Part shown: piece after piece, positions 21,161-31,573 of the stretch
How the letters are laid out: every line of letters starts with the position of its first letter
Position numbering within the stretch: the first letter of the stretch is position 1
IMG/VR virus record: IMGVR_UViG_3300021371_001301
Span: 1,675 to 65,674 of that record
DNA from: a virus
DNA length: 64,000 bases
Direction: 5' to 3' (one strand)
Position numbers and translations under genes: made by a program
Notes under the pieces: generated by a model
What the model saw: only the letters and a program-made list of their open reading frames with translations
Told to the model about the DNA's origin: nothing
Databases searched by the model: none

Positions 21161-22660
21161 ATGAGAAAACATGACGAATCATTACAAGGCTACAAGGAAC
21201 GAATGATTGATCCTATTAGTAATAGCTATTGTGCTGCAAAGTGGTATAATGCTACTATCTGGTTAGGACACGGTCAAACCGCCAGTTGTCACCATCCACC
21301 AGGACACTGGATACCGTTAGAAGAACTTAAAGAAAACTATACTGCTATTCATAATACAAAGCATAAAAAGAAAATGCGTAAGATGATGCAGGAAGGTGAG
21401 CGTCCACAGGAATGTGAATACTGTTGGAAAGTTGAAGATATTGGTCGTGATAATATTAGTGACCGGGTATACAAAACAGAGATCTTTACAGACGAAGATG
21501 TACAAGCAAGTGCAGAACTGCCTTGGGATGAAGATGTAACACTACGTACACTTGAGATTAGTTTTGACCGTGCCTGCAACTTTGCATGTAGTTATTGTAA
21601 CCCTGCTTTCAGTAGTACTTGGGTCAAAGACATTAAAGATAATGGCCCATACACAAATATTGAAAGCGATGGTCGTGGACACTTCGTTGATACTGCACCA
21701 TGGGCTGCACGTAGTACAAAGCATGAAGAAGATAATCCGTATATTCAAGCATTTTGGAAATGGTGGGAAAACGGACTAGCAGATAACTTAGAAGAAATTC
21801 GTGTAACAGGTGGGGAACCACTTATGCACAAAAGTATTTGGAAATTGTTTGATTGGTTTAATAACAATCCAAACAGTAATATGCGTTTTGCTATTAACAG
21901 TAATCTTGTTCCTGAAAATGAACGCCAGTTTCAAAAAATGATTGATGCAACATTTAACATTCGTAATTTTGAAATATATACTAGTGCAGAATGTGCCGCA
22001 GCACAAAATGAATATACTCGTGATGGTTTTGACTATGCTGTTTGGCGTGGTAACATTGAGCGTATGCTAAAACAAAGTAACATTAAAAAACTACACTGTA
22101 TGATGACTATTAATAGTTTGTGTTTGGAGACTATTACTGAGTTTATGGACGATATGATCGAGCTACGTAAAGAGTATGGTTCTAGAGCTCCTACTATGAC
22201 GCTTAATATTTTACGTTTTCCTAGTTTTCAAAGTGCAGCGATACTACCAGTAGAGTTAAAACAAACTTTCAAAGAACGTATTGAAAAATGGTTACCAACA
22301 CAAATGGATCATCTGAACGTAGGAGAAATTGCTCACGTACAACGACTAATTGATTACTTAGATGTTGTTAAAACACCACATCGTAATACTGCTGAAACTC
22401 CTAAACTGTACAACGACTTTCGTTACTTTTATGAGCAATATGATCGTCGTCGTGGATTTAACTTTCGTGACACATTCCCTACATTTGTAGAATGGTACGA
22501 CAGTATTCCTTATGATGAAAATAAATTAGGTGGTAGTGACAGTATTGGACCACAAGGAGACCCAGCTACAACTGAGGATTATGTCAACGATGATATCAAT
22601 GAGATTGTTGGTGGTTGGGATACCGAAAACGATGCTCTAGGCGGAGTAAAAGTTGAATAA
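21161..22660 (+). CDS. Radical SAM protein with N-terminal twitch domain (#3)
   Basis: CNFACSYC, TGGEP, CAAKW..SCHHPP..CEYCW. Confidence 0.9.
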   Translation: MRKHDESLQGYKERMIDPISNSYCAAKWYNATIWLGHGQTASCHHPPGHWIPLEELKENYTAIHNTKHKKKMRKMMQEGERPQECEYCWKVEDIGRDNISDRVYKTEIFTDEDVQASAELPWDEDVTLRTLEISFDRACNFACSYCNPAFSSTWVKDIKDNGPYTNIESDGRGHFVDTAPWAARSTKHEEDNPYIQAFWKWWENGLADNLEEIRVTGGEPLMHKSIWKLFDWFNNNPNSNMRFAINSNLVPENERQFQKMIDATFNIRNFEIYTSAECAAAQNEYTRDGFDYAVWRGNIERMLKQSNIKKLHCMMTINSLCLETITEFMDDMIELRKEYGSRAPTMTLNILRFPSFQSAAILPVELKQTFKERIEKWLPTQMDHLNVGEIAHVQRLIDYLDVVKTPHRNTAETPKLYNDFRYFYEQYDRRRGFNFRDTFPTFVEWYDSIPYDENKLGGSDSIGPQGDPATTEDYVNDDINEIVGGWDTENDALGGVKVE

Positions 22661-23828
22661 TAATTTTTTTTGTGTTGCTCCTTGGTTGCACATGATGGTA
22701 GAGCCAGACGGCGATGTTCAATTATGTTGTGCAACTAATTTAAAGCATGAGTTCCATATGTCAATGGGTAATCTAAATCATGATGATCCGTTAGATATAT
22801 GGAACAATGCAGAGTATCGCAATGTAAGAAAGCGTATGTTAGATGGTAAACCAAGTCCACGACATTGTAAAGATTGCTATCAACGTGAAGCTGGAAAGTT
22901 AAGTCAAAGTGAACGACAACGTTATAATTCTGAGTTTCCAGTTGGTTACGAGTTTGCTAGTAATACATCTGATGATGGCAGTGTGCCAGAATTAGACATA
23001 CGCTATCTTGATATAAGATTTAATAATTTGTGTAATTTAATGTGTCGTACTTGTGGTCCAGATTGGAGTACAAGTTGGGCAGCTGAACGTGGAATAGATA
23101 AACCACTACGTTATAATGACACTTGGCGTAAGCTAATACCATATACTAAAAATTTACAAAAAGTGTATTTTGCAGGTGGCGAGCCACTAATGACTCCAGA
23201 ACATTATGACTTTTTAGAACAACTATTAGAAGTAAATACAAATGTTGAGTTATTGTACACAAGTAATTTTACTAGACTAGAACTTAAAGGTAAGCATGTA
23301 CTTGATTACTGGCCAAAGTTTGGAGTTGTCAACGCAATTGCAAGTATTGACCATTATGGAGAGCATGCAAAGTATGTAAGAACTAACAGTGATTATGATG
23401 TTGTTACTGGTAACTTAAATACAATTAGAAAAGCAGGATATCCAAATGTTCGTCCAGGAGTAACATCAGTATACAGTTTGTACAATGCTACTCGCTTTGG
23501 AGATTTTATTATTAATATGTTTGAAGATGGTACACTGGAAAGTATGAATCAATTAACAGTGCAGTTACTTGTAAATCCAGATTATCAAATGGCAACAATT
23601 ATGCCAGACAGTGCACTGAGTATTGCAGTTAGTAATACAGAATCTAGTATTGAATATTTGGAAGAACGTGGAGAGAATCCAGAAAAGTTAGTTAACGCAT
23701 TAACTTGGTTGGTAAACAATCATAAGTATGATGCTGAAAAGTTTAGAAAATTTTGCGATTACAATCGTTCATTGGATAAACTTAGACATACTGATTTTAA
23801 TAATATGTACAAGGAATATAATGTCTAA
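22653..23828 (+). CDS. Radical SAM protein with N-terminal twitch domain (#4)
   Basis: CVAPW..DGDVQLCC..CKDC, CNLMCRTC, FAGGEP. TTG start in 8-nt overlap. Confidence 0.9.
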   Translation: MNNNFFCVAPWLHMMVEPDGDVQLCCATNLKHEFHMSMGNLNHDDPLDIWNNAEYRNVRKRMLDGKPSPRHCKDCYQREAGKLSQSERQRYNSEFPVGYEFASNTSDDGSVPELDIRYLDIRFNNLCNLMCRTCGPDWSTSWAAERGIDKPLRYNDTWRKLIPYTKNLQKVYFAGGEPLMTPEHYDFLEQLLEVNTNVELLYTSNFTRLELKGKHVLDYWPKFGVVNAIASIDHYGEHAKYVRTNSDYDVVTGNLNTIRKAGYPNVRPGVTSVYSLYNATRFGDFIINMFEDGTLESMNQLTVQLLVNPDYQMATIMPDSALSIAVSNTESSIEYLEERGENPEKLVNALTWLVNNHKYDAEKFRKFCDYNRSLDKLRHTDFNNMYKEYNV

Positions 23829-25221
23829 CAAAAAAATACCAAAATGGTTACCTGATGGCAGTTGTGCAGAAGAAAGTGAAAACAAAGTATTCTGTATGGC
23901 TCCTTGGACACATACATATATTAGCCCACAGGGCGAACGAAGAATGTGTTGTGCAAGTCGTGAAGAACACAGTTTCCAAAAGCAATATATTGATGCAACA
24001 AACGACGAATCATATGGTGCGGTACGTGAAAGCGAAACCGAAGTTGACAAGTTTAATCCAGTGTCACTTGAGGAACATTGGAATAGCAAGTATATGCGTG
24101 ATATACGTAAAAAGCTCATGGCAGGAGAACGCATTAGTCAATGTGATGTTTGCAATGATGATATTTTAAGTATTAGTAGTTACCGTAAATGGTTTACTGG
24201 CGTACTGTTTAGAGATAAAATACAAGAAGCATTTGACAGCACTGACGACGACGGTTACACAACTATGCCTACTATTAGTTTTGACTATCGATATAGCAAT
24301 CTTTGTAACTTTAAATGTCGCATGTGTGGCGAACAACTGAGTAGTAGTTGGGAAGCTGAAAAGAAAAAACATGACATGTGGAGTAAAGAACAACAGCCCT
24401 TTATGATTCCTGAAGTTAAAAAGAAAATGAACGACTTTCAAATTAATGTTGTTGAGCCTGAATTTAAAAAAGCAATCAGCGATGGAATAGTAGAAGAGAT
24501 ATATTGGGTAGGTGGAGAACCACTGATGTATGATATACATTGGTGGGCACTAGAAGAAATGGTGAACAATGGCAGTGCTAAAAACTGTTACTTGCGATAT
24601 AACAGTAACCTTTCTAGAGTTGACTTTAAAGGAAAAAACTTATATGATTATCTAGGACAGTTTAAAGATTGGCTTATGTGTGCTAGTATAGATGGCACAG
24701 GTGACATTGTAGAGTTTATTCGCAAGGGTATAGTATGGGACGAATGGTTAAATAATTTTAAACAGGGACTAGAATTACCAGGCGGTAATGAAAAGATGAG
24801 ATTTGATCTAACCATTACTGGTCCTGGTATGTTTAGTCTTAAAGACTTGTTTGATTTATCACTTGATCTTGATGTAAGTATGGAAACTAAGATCATGTTT
24901 GCGTTTCATCCAGATATTGTGTTTAGTCCATTTGCATGGCCAAGGCATATCTTAGATAGAAAAGTAGACGAACTTTTATCTTATATGGAACCACGTGCAA
25001 CCCACAGACAAATGACACTTATTAATACGTTAAAGGAAATGAAAAATAGACCTACATTCGCAGAACAGTGGCCTGATACACATGAACAACAGTTTAAGAA
25101 TGGTAAAGGATATCAGGATAGACTTGATCAGATTAGACAAGATCAATACAGACTAGAAGACATCTACAAGATGGATAGTGAACTATACGATTGGTGGAAA
25201 AGGTATGACAAGATGGTATGA
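23821..25221 (+). CDS. Radical SAM protein with N-terminal twitch domain (#5)
   Basis: CMAPW..GERRMCC..CDVC, CNFKCRMC, VGGEP. Start moved to ATG 23821. Confidence 0.9.
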   Translation: MSNKKIPKWLPDGSCAEESENKVFCMAPWTHTYISPQGERRMCCASREEHSFQKQYIDATNDESYGAVRESETEVDKFNPVSLEEHWNSKYMRDIRKKLMAGERISQCDVCNDDILSISSYRKWFTGVLFRDKIQEAFDSTDDDGYTTMPTISFDYRYSNLCNFKCRMCGEQLSSSWEAEKKKHDMWSKEQQPFMIPEVKKKMNDFQINVVEPEFKKAISDGIVEEIYWVGGEPLMYDIHWWALEEMVNNGSAKNCYLRYNSNLSRVDFKGKNLYDYLGQFKDWLMCASIDGTGDIVEFIRKGIVWDEWLNNFKQGLELPGGNEKMRFDLTITGPGMFSLKDLFDLSLDLDVSMETKIMFAFHPDIVFSPFAWPRHILDRKVDELLSYMEPRATHRQMTLINTLKEMKNRPTFAEQWPDTHEQQFKNGKGYQDRLDQIRQDQYRLEDIYKMDSELYDWWKRYDKMV

Positions 25222-26236
25222 AAACGCTAGTAGTTTAAAAATACTACATGATCATATACGCAAATATTTAACCTGGTATGCCACTGATTTCGGAGGTTTG
25301 GGAAATACTGACGTACTTGATTCAGCGGTTGAAAATATATCATATGAAATTTTTGCAGATCTGCAAACAATGATTAGAACTTTAGATGGTACTACAATTC
25401 CTAAAACTAAACCATTTATATATAAATCAAATGCATATAACTTAACTTTGATATGCGATACAGTGAAGATAAAAATATGGGCAGGGATAACTAGCTATGT
25501 TGCTAGAGAAAACTTTCTCCTTGCATCAGAAAAATTTAAACAATACCATGATGAAAATTTTTGGGGTTATGTTGATCGTGACTTGTATAGAATTGAAATG
25601 TATCAGATGGTTGATGGATGTACGTGTTCAGATTTAGTATATAACAACTATCCTGATCGTGTATTATTGCCTGAAGGCGATCGTTGTGAGGAGGATAAAC
25701 ATCTTGCCAAGAAAACGGAATTCTTTAAGAACGTTCGCAAAGATGATTTAATGGAATCAATCATGGAAAGATTTTTTACGTGGGCATGTTCAAATCTTTT
25801 AACCATTGAAAAATCAGAAAATCTTTGTTATTATCCGAATGATGTTAATCCTGGAAACTTTGTAATTCAATACCAGAATAATAAAGAGGAGAGTAGGGAT
25901 TGGACATCTAATTTGATTAATATTGATTATGATCATATGATTGCAGGTACTAAAGACAAATGCATACACGATATTAGTTGGCAGTTCGTGACACGATTTT
26001 ATAATAAAGAAATATACCCAGACGAAAATATTAATATTGAGTTAAAGGAATGGAGAGAAAAAACCGAGCTGTTAAATCAAGTTGAACTTTTGAAAGAAAG
26101 GTTTTCTAAAGTAGCAAAACTCAAATACAATTCCCAAACAGACGCATTTAAATATGATGTCGGTCAACTTGATGTTAACGGTAATCAAGACATATACGAC
26201 TATATTCAAGAAAAGAAAAGAATTTATACTACATGA
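25205..26236 (+). CDS. Possible protein-kinase/APH-fold phosphotransferase-like protein
   Basis: PNDVNPGNFVI resembles the catalytic loop HxDxxxxN, and INIDYD resembles the metal-binding motif. Start moved to ATG 25205. Confidence 0.4.
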   Translation: MTRWYENASSLKILHDHIRKYLTWYATDFGGLGNTDVLDSAVENISYEIFADLQTMIRTLDGTTIPKTKPFIYKSNAYNLTLICDTVKIKIWAGITSYVARENFLLASEKFKQYHDENFWGYVDRDLYRIEMYQMVDGCTCSDLVYNNYPDRVLLPEGDRCEEDKHLAKKTEFFKNVRKDDLMESIMERFFTWACSNLLTIEKSENLCYYPNDVNPGNFVIQYQNNKEESRDWTSNLINIDYDHMIAGTKDKCIHDISWQFVTRFYNKEIYPDENINIELKEWREKTELLNQVELLKERFSKVAKLKYNSQTDAFKYDVGQLDVNGNQDIYDYIQEKKRIYTT

Positions 26237-27552
26237 TTTGGAAAGACATAGATAAATTTGATAAGTATGCTTGGCATCTATCTGACGATGGTATTGAATT
26301 CCATACAGATATAATAAGGCCAAGTCGAAAAGTTAAAGCAAAATTTGATAATAACGGTAAGAATATTGAACAACCAGACTGGAGTTTAAACATACTCCAA
26401 ACAGGGTTGTATCTAACCAATACAGAAAGTGTTAGTAGTAATAGAGACGGTTTACTATCACGTAGCCCTGTTGACGTGTATGTAGGTGTTGCCGCAGGCC
26501 TTAAAGGTCTCATAAAAGGCACACTTGACGGACATGAAGATTTTCGATTCGTATATGTTGACGTATCTCCAGCAGCGTTGGACTTTAGAATATACTTGGA
26601 TGACAAGCTATATGAAAATCCACATGAAAATTTTGATGATGTGTGGAACGATTATATTAAACAAGAAAACTGTAACCCTACTCCAATATTCGGCGGAGGC
26701 TATACTAGCATAGAAGCAGCAATTGATGATTACTTAGCAGAGCTTAATTTAACTAGACGTGATTGGTATCGGTTTTTAGAACGTTATAGTAAATGTCCTA
26801 AAGAATATATCAAGATTGATTTAATTAACAATGTAAAGTTATTAGCCAAGTTGTTAGACACTAACGAAAATATATGGTTTTGGTATAGTAATGCATTTGA
26901 TTGGCATCAATTTCGTCACACCACAGCGTCATATGATGCATGGTGTAAGTATCTATATCGTAAATTGCCAAACTTAGAACTATGTGGTCATACACCTCCG
27001 TTTACTAGCAAGTCTCCATATAAGTGGGATTATTTAATGTCGCCAGAAGCTGAGCCAATGTTTAATTTGGATGTATCACATATACATAAACATAAAAGTA
27101 AATCAGTATTAGATGTAGCATGTGGATACAGTAAAGTAAGTCAGCTTCTTAAAGATACAGATGTAGATGTATATGGTGTAGATATTGATAAGGGTAGTAT
27201 TGAATACTGTCGCATGAATTACACAACTAATAACTATAAAATCTTTGATGTTATTCACAATAACACTCGAGCATTTGATAGAGAGTTTGATACATTATTA
27301 CTCAGTGGTATACTTTACTATTTTAAACATGACCGTTATAATAAGTCAATGACTGCGTTTGTAAGTCAACTAATAAAATTGTATAATCCAAAGCACATAG
27401 TTATTAACGAACCAAAAGCAATGGAAGCATACCAGAGTCCAGACTATACTGAATTATTTGAGAAGTATCCATATAACAGTATAGAACATCAAAAGTTAAA
27501 CATACGTATGGGAAACCGAGTGGTTTATAATATAGTATTGACAAATCAATAA
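26233..27552 (+). CDS. Fusion of an unknown N-terminal domain and a C-terminal class I SAM methyltransferase
   Basis: C-terminal SVLDVACGYS..VYGVDID..FDTLLLSGILYY. The N-terminal part carries a second FVYVDVSPAAL motif. Confidence 0.65.
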   Translation: MIWKDIDKFDKYAWHLSDDGIEFHTDIIRPSRKVKAKFDNNGKNIEQPDWSLNILQTGLYLTNTESVSSNRDGLLSRSPVDVYVGVAAGLKGLIKGTLDGHEDFRFVYVDVSPAALDFRIYLDDKLYENPHENFDDVWNDYIKQENCNPTPIFGGGYTSIEAAIDDYLAELNLTRRDWYRFLERYSKCPKEYIKIDLINNVKLLAKLLDTNENIWFWYSNAFDWHQFRHTTASYDAWCKYLYRKLPNLELCGHTPPFTSKSPYKWDYLMSPEAEPMFNLDVSHIHKHKSKSVLDVACGYSKVSQLLKDTDVDVYGVDIDKGSIEYCRMNYTTNNYKIFDVIHNNTRAFDREFDTLLLSGILYYFKHDRYNKSMTAFVSQLIKLYNPKHIVINEPKAMEAYQSPDYTELFEKYPYNSIEHQKLNIRMGNRVVYNIVLTNQ

Positions 27553-27588
27553 ATACGTATAAAATAAAATTAGAAGGAAAAATATAAT

Positions 27589-28677
27589 ATGGTACAGTAT
27601 ATATCACTAGTATATAGCAAGGTGGATCGTCCTGATAAACCAGAAAAATGGAAACACGTTGTTAATAGTAGTAATCGTGTCATTGCACCAAAGTCAGAAG
27701 ACATCCCAAGTGGTGAGGGGTTTTATACAGTAAAAATTAAACTGAACGACACACATCTAACTAATATGTTTGTAGATCAAGTTAATAAAAGTATACAAGG
27801 ACATAACGATCATATCATTTGTCATCATAATGAATATTACCAATTAACACCAGAAAGAATGATAATACTACAAGATCAAATGAACAGTTTGATTGCTGAA
27901 GTTAATAGTACAGGCGATGAGGGATACCCAGAGTTTCCAATTGATACAGGTTTTATTCTAGAGCATAGTGAAACTGATTGTCAAGTTGATAAACTCAATG
28001 CACTGCATGAATGGTTTGAGGATGTAGAAAAGTCTGATGAATTCCATCAACTTGATTTCCAGCGGAAACATCGTTTAAGTAATATTTGTGAACAAGTTAA
28101 CCAACTAGTACATACTATGGAAACGTTGGATACAGCACTCAGAGACCTGGAGCGTGGAAGACTTTATTTCAATCAGGTTTGTCGAATTAGTGATAATTAT
28201 ACCCAGCTACGAAGTTCAGGAAGAGAAATTCCAGCACGTTATGAATTAACGCCAGAAGATTATTCAGAATTTGAAGTTGAAGTTCCAGGAAGAGCATATT
28301 TAGATTTTGCAACAGTTGGAAAAAGTATGTGGCATGCTTTTTTTACAAACGACATAGAATTAATAAAAAACCAAAAAGTAAGTCCTCAAAAATGGGCTAG
28401 ACCATTTTTTAACTATAAAATATCTAATGATAAAGTTAATCAAGAAAGAGAATATCAATGGCGTTTAAGAAGATTTGATAAATGGGTAGAGGAAAACAAT
28501 CTACAAGAGTATATTGACCGTACTGAACCGCAGCATGCGATGGGACAGGCATGTATTGGTGATGTAGTATACAATGATGAACCAATATACGGACATGAAC
28601 GACATGATGAAATTACTAAAGAAATGACATCGAAATTAAATTCATATACATACTTGTATGGAGTATATTTTACCTAA
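27589..28677 (+). CDS. Hypothetical protein
   Basis: 362-aa ORF with RBS AGAAGGA and an upstream ATAAATA element (27549-27555). Confidence 0.7.
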   Translation: MVQYISLVYSKVDRPDKPEKWKHVVNSSNRVIAPKSEDIPSGEGFYTVKIKLNDTHLTNMFVDQVNKSIQGHNDHIICHHNEYYQLTPERMIILQDQMNSLIAEVNSTGDEGYPEFPIDTGFILEHSETDCQVDKLNALHEWFEDVEKSDEFHQLDFQRKHRLSNICEQVNQLVHTMETLDTALRDLERGRLYFNQVCRISDNYTQLRSSGREIPARYELTPEDYSEFEVEVPGRAYLDFATVGKSMWHAFFTNDIELIKNQKVSPQKWARPFFNYKISNDKVNQEREYQWRLRRFDKWVEENNLQEYIDRTEPQHAMGQACIGDVVYNDEPIYGHERHDEITKEMTSKLNSYTYLYGVYFT

Positions 28678-29960
28678 TGGCGCTTTTTAACAATGGAGTT
28701 TCCAATAATGAACTTCCAGAAGAGTATAGTAACTTTTGTAGTGCACCTTGGTGTACTATTAGTCCACAGCCAGATGGAAGTGTGGAACCTTGTTGTATTA
28801 GTACCAAAGAATCTCGAGGGTCGTCAATACCAGTTTATGGTAATCTAAATGATAAAACATTCAATGATATCACCACTGGTGAAAAGATCAATGAGTTTCG
28901 TAAAAAGTTCCTTCGTAATGAGCGTCCAGAAGAATGCAATGCATGTTGGAAACAAGAAGAAACATCTGGGAAAACTAATATAAGTCTACGCAATGTTTTT
29001 AATAAGCATTATTTTGATCGTAAATTTATTGACAACACAAATGAAGATGGTTCATTTAATGATTTTAAAATTCGTTATTGGGATCTACGTCCAAGTAATC
29101 GGTGTAACTTTAGTTGCATAATATGTTGTGAACAGTTAAGTAGTGGTTACTGGCAACTACAAGAAGACATGAAACATCGCCATCAGATACCCAATAAGTT
29201 TACAGAATTAACACCTGAAAGATTCAATGAAGTATTTGATGTAATGAAAAATACACTAGACGAAATACATCCAGAAATGCACTTTTACTTTGCTGGTGGT
29301 GAACCACTAATGATGCCAGAACACAAACATATACTTGATTACATTGTTGAAAAAGAATACTATGATGTTAGTTTGCGTTACAATACAAATTTAAGTACAC
29401 TAAAGTTTAAAGGTACAAATTGGGCAGATGTTTGGAGTAAATTCACAGACATTGACATAAATTGTAGTATTGATGCAGCAGGTCTTGCTGGAGAATTCCA
29501 ACGTACAGGCAGTAATTGGAAGCAAATAAAACAAAATCTACTAGAGTTAAAAAATAAAAACATCCGTGTAACCTTTAATATGGTGATGACAATGTGGACA
29601 TACCCAGTAGTTTTACAAACATTAGATGAACTTGAAGAGATATTTGGAAACACTGAAACTCTGCACCATGGTATACAATTTGTTGCTACTACACATCCAG
29701 AGCACATGGCTATAGATATGATACCTGATCAGTACATGGATACTAGTATAGTTGACCAAGTGCTTGATCGTGGTTACTATCGTGCACAAGAATTAAAAAC
29801 TTATATACAAAATGCAGATCATACTCCTAATCGAGAATATTGGCGAAGACTCGTTGGGTATGTTGATCGGTTGGAAAAGGCCAGAGGTATAACACCAGAC
29901 TCTTTTCTGCCATGGTACCGAGATTATGTTAATAAAAATTGGAGAACGACCATTGCATAA
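28677..29960 (+). CDS. Radical SAM protein with N-terminal twitch domain (#6)
   Basis: CSAPW..DGSVEPCC..CNACW, CNFSCIIC, FAGGEP. Confidence 0.9.
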   Translation: MALFNNGVSNNELPEEYSNFCSAPWCTISPQPDGSVEPCCISTKESRGSSIPVYGNLNDKTFNDITTGEKINEFRKKFLRNERPEECNACWKQEETSGKTNISLRNVFNKHYFDRKFIDNTNEDGSFNDFKIRYWDLRPSNRCNFSCIICCEQLSSGYWQLQEDMKHRHQIPNKFTELTPERFNEVFDVMKNTLDEIHPEMHFYFAGGEPLMMPEHKHILDYIVEKEYYDVSLRYNTNLSTLKFKGTNWADVWSKFTDIDINCSIDAAGLAGEFQRTGSNWKQIKQNLLELKNKNIRVTFNMVMTMWTYPVVLQTLDELEEIFGNTETLHHGIQFVATTHPEHMAIDMIPDQYMDTSIVDQVLDRGYYRAQELKTYIQNADHTPNREYWRRLVGYVDRLEKARGITPDSFLPWYRDYVNKNWRTTIA

Positions 29961-30702
29961 ATTAAACTATGTAAAAAATCAACCTCATGAAATAAATTAT
30001 AAAGAATCTTACAAATATACACATAAACCAAATACAACTACAGTAGGGCGTTTGATTGTGTTTGGTGATAGTTACGCACATTCCAGAGCAGAACAATCTT
30101 GGCCAAATATTCTAAGTGAAAAACTTGGAGTAGAATTAATAAATTATGCAGTTAGTGGAACAAGTTTAAATTACAGTATACAACAGTTCTTTAATTATTA
30201 TCGTAACGAGTATCAGTCTGATGACTATATTGTATTTGTTACAACTAGTACACATCGTATACCATTTACATTAGACGGCGGACTTCCAAGTTGGCAAGCG
30301 GGCATTCATACATACTTGACAGACCCTAGCAAACTAACAGCCCCACAGTACAAATATTACCATGGTAATAAAAAGTTTTGGGACATATATTATCAACAAG
30401 CATTCAAAGTAGATGACTATTACAACCAAATTGAAATGATATACAATTTTTTAAATAATTTGTCTAACACTGTATTAATAATACCTGGGTTTAACTGTTT
30501 CCAATCCCCACAGAATAAATTAAAAGATGACTTCACAATGTATACAATTTCTCGACTCGAAGGTAATGTTAATTTTGATGACCTGAATCATATGAGTCTT
30601 GTTAACCGAAAAGTGTTGGCTGAACTAGCATATAAATATTTTACAGTAGATGCAAACTACGACATTTTCACACTAAAGGAATTTACATTTGTCAATAGCT
30701 GA
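29926..30702 (+). CDS. SGNH/GDSL hydrolase-like protein
   Basis: VFGDSYA..WP..INYAVSGTS and C-terminal DLNH. Start uncertain (could be TTG 29953). Confidence 0.6.
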   Translation: MLIKIGERPLHKLNYVKNQPHEINYKESYKYTHKPNTTTVGRLIVFGDSYAHSRAEQSWPNILSEKLGVELINYAVSGTSLNYSIQQFFNYYRNEYQSDDYIVFVTTSTHRIPFTLDGGLPSWQAGIHTYLTDPSKLTAPQYKYYHGNKKFWDIYYQQAFKVDDYYNQIEMIYNFLNNLSNTVLIIPGFNCFQSPQNKLKDDFTMYTISRLEGNVNFDDLNHMSLVNRKVLAELAYKYFTVDANYDIFTLKEFTFVNS

Positions 30703-31573
30703 TAAACATTGGAAAAACGTGTTATCTGGTGATTGGCCTTACGAATCTGTAAAGGCAATCAATGAAGCTGTTCCTAGTGACAATGACTTCCGCACTAATT
30801 ATTATAATTTTAGATCAACAGATACAAAGGAACTTTTTGAAAAACAAAAAGATCTTCCAAATCAAGATTATGGTCCTAATTTTGGTTATCATGAAAACAG
30901 CCATGGCTTTAGATGTGACGAGTTTGATCTTATAATGCGTAGACCTACAAAGAAATTATTGGCATTAGGTTGTAGTTTTACATATGGCATAGGTGTACCA
31001 GAAGAGCACACTTGGCCCAAGTTATTAGCAACTTGGCTAGAAAGTATATATGGAGACAAAATTGATGTTATCAATCTTGGTGTACCAGGTGGCAGTGTGT
31101 TTCAATGCGACATGCATTTAAACTGGTTTGATAAATTTAACCCTGATTATACTGTTGCGTTATGGCCAGACTCTTCTAGGACAATTGGCATAAATGACCG
31201 AGGTTACTTACGGCACTGCGGTACTTGGATAGCCAGTCAATCCAACAAGAATTTGTTAAAGCATTTTTATAACGCACATGTTGAATATGCACCAGATCAA
31301 CTTGAGTTTACAAAACAAGTAATGATTGGAAAATTTGAAATGCTAGGACGTATAACTGCAACAAAAACAGCACATGTAGATGTTAAAGAACAGAAATTAA
31401 CTAACCCGTGGATGCAGCATCCACTAGTAAAATGTACTCAGGAAGATATGTTTGCAGCAGGTGCTCCTAGAATTACAACTCATGGTAGAGATCTTCAGCA
31501 TCATGGTACACACTGGAATATGCGATTGGTTAAACAGTTGGTATCTCAACTAACGGATCCAAATAAAAAATGA
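30689..31573 (+). CDS. SGNH/GDSL hydrolase-like protein
   Basis: ALGCSFTYG.G..TWP..VINLGVPGGS and C-terminal RDLQHHG. Confidence 0.65.
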   Translation: MSIADKHWKNVLSGDWPYESVKAINEAVPSDNDFRTNYYNFRSTDTKELFEKQKDLPNQDYGPNFGYHENSHGFRCDEFDLIMRRPTKKLLALGCSFTYGIGVPEEHTWPKLLATWLESIYGDKIDVINLGVPGGSVFQCDMHLNWFDKFNPDYTVALWPDSSRTIGINDRGYLRHCGTWIASQSNKNLLKHFYNAHVEYAPDQLEFTKQVMIGKFEMLGRITATKTAHVDVKEQKLTNPWMQHPLVKCTQEDMFAAGAPRITTHGRDLQHHGTHWNMRLVKQLVSQLTDPNKK

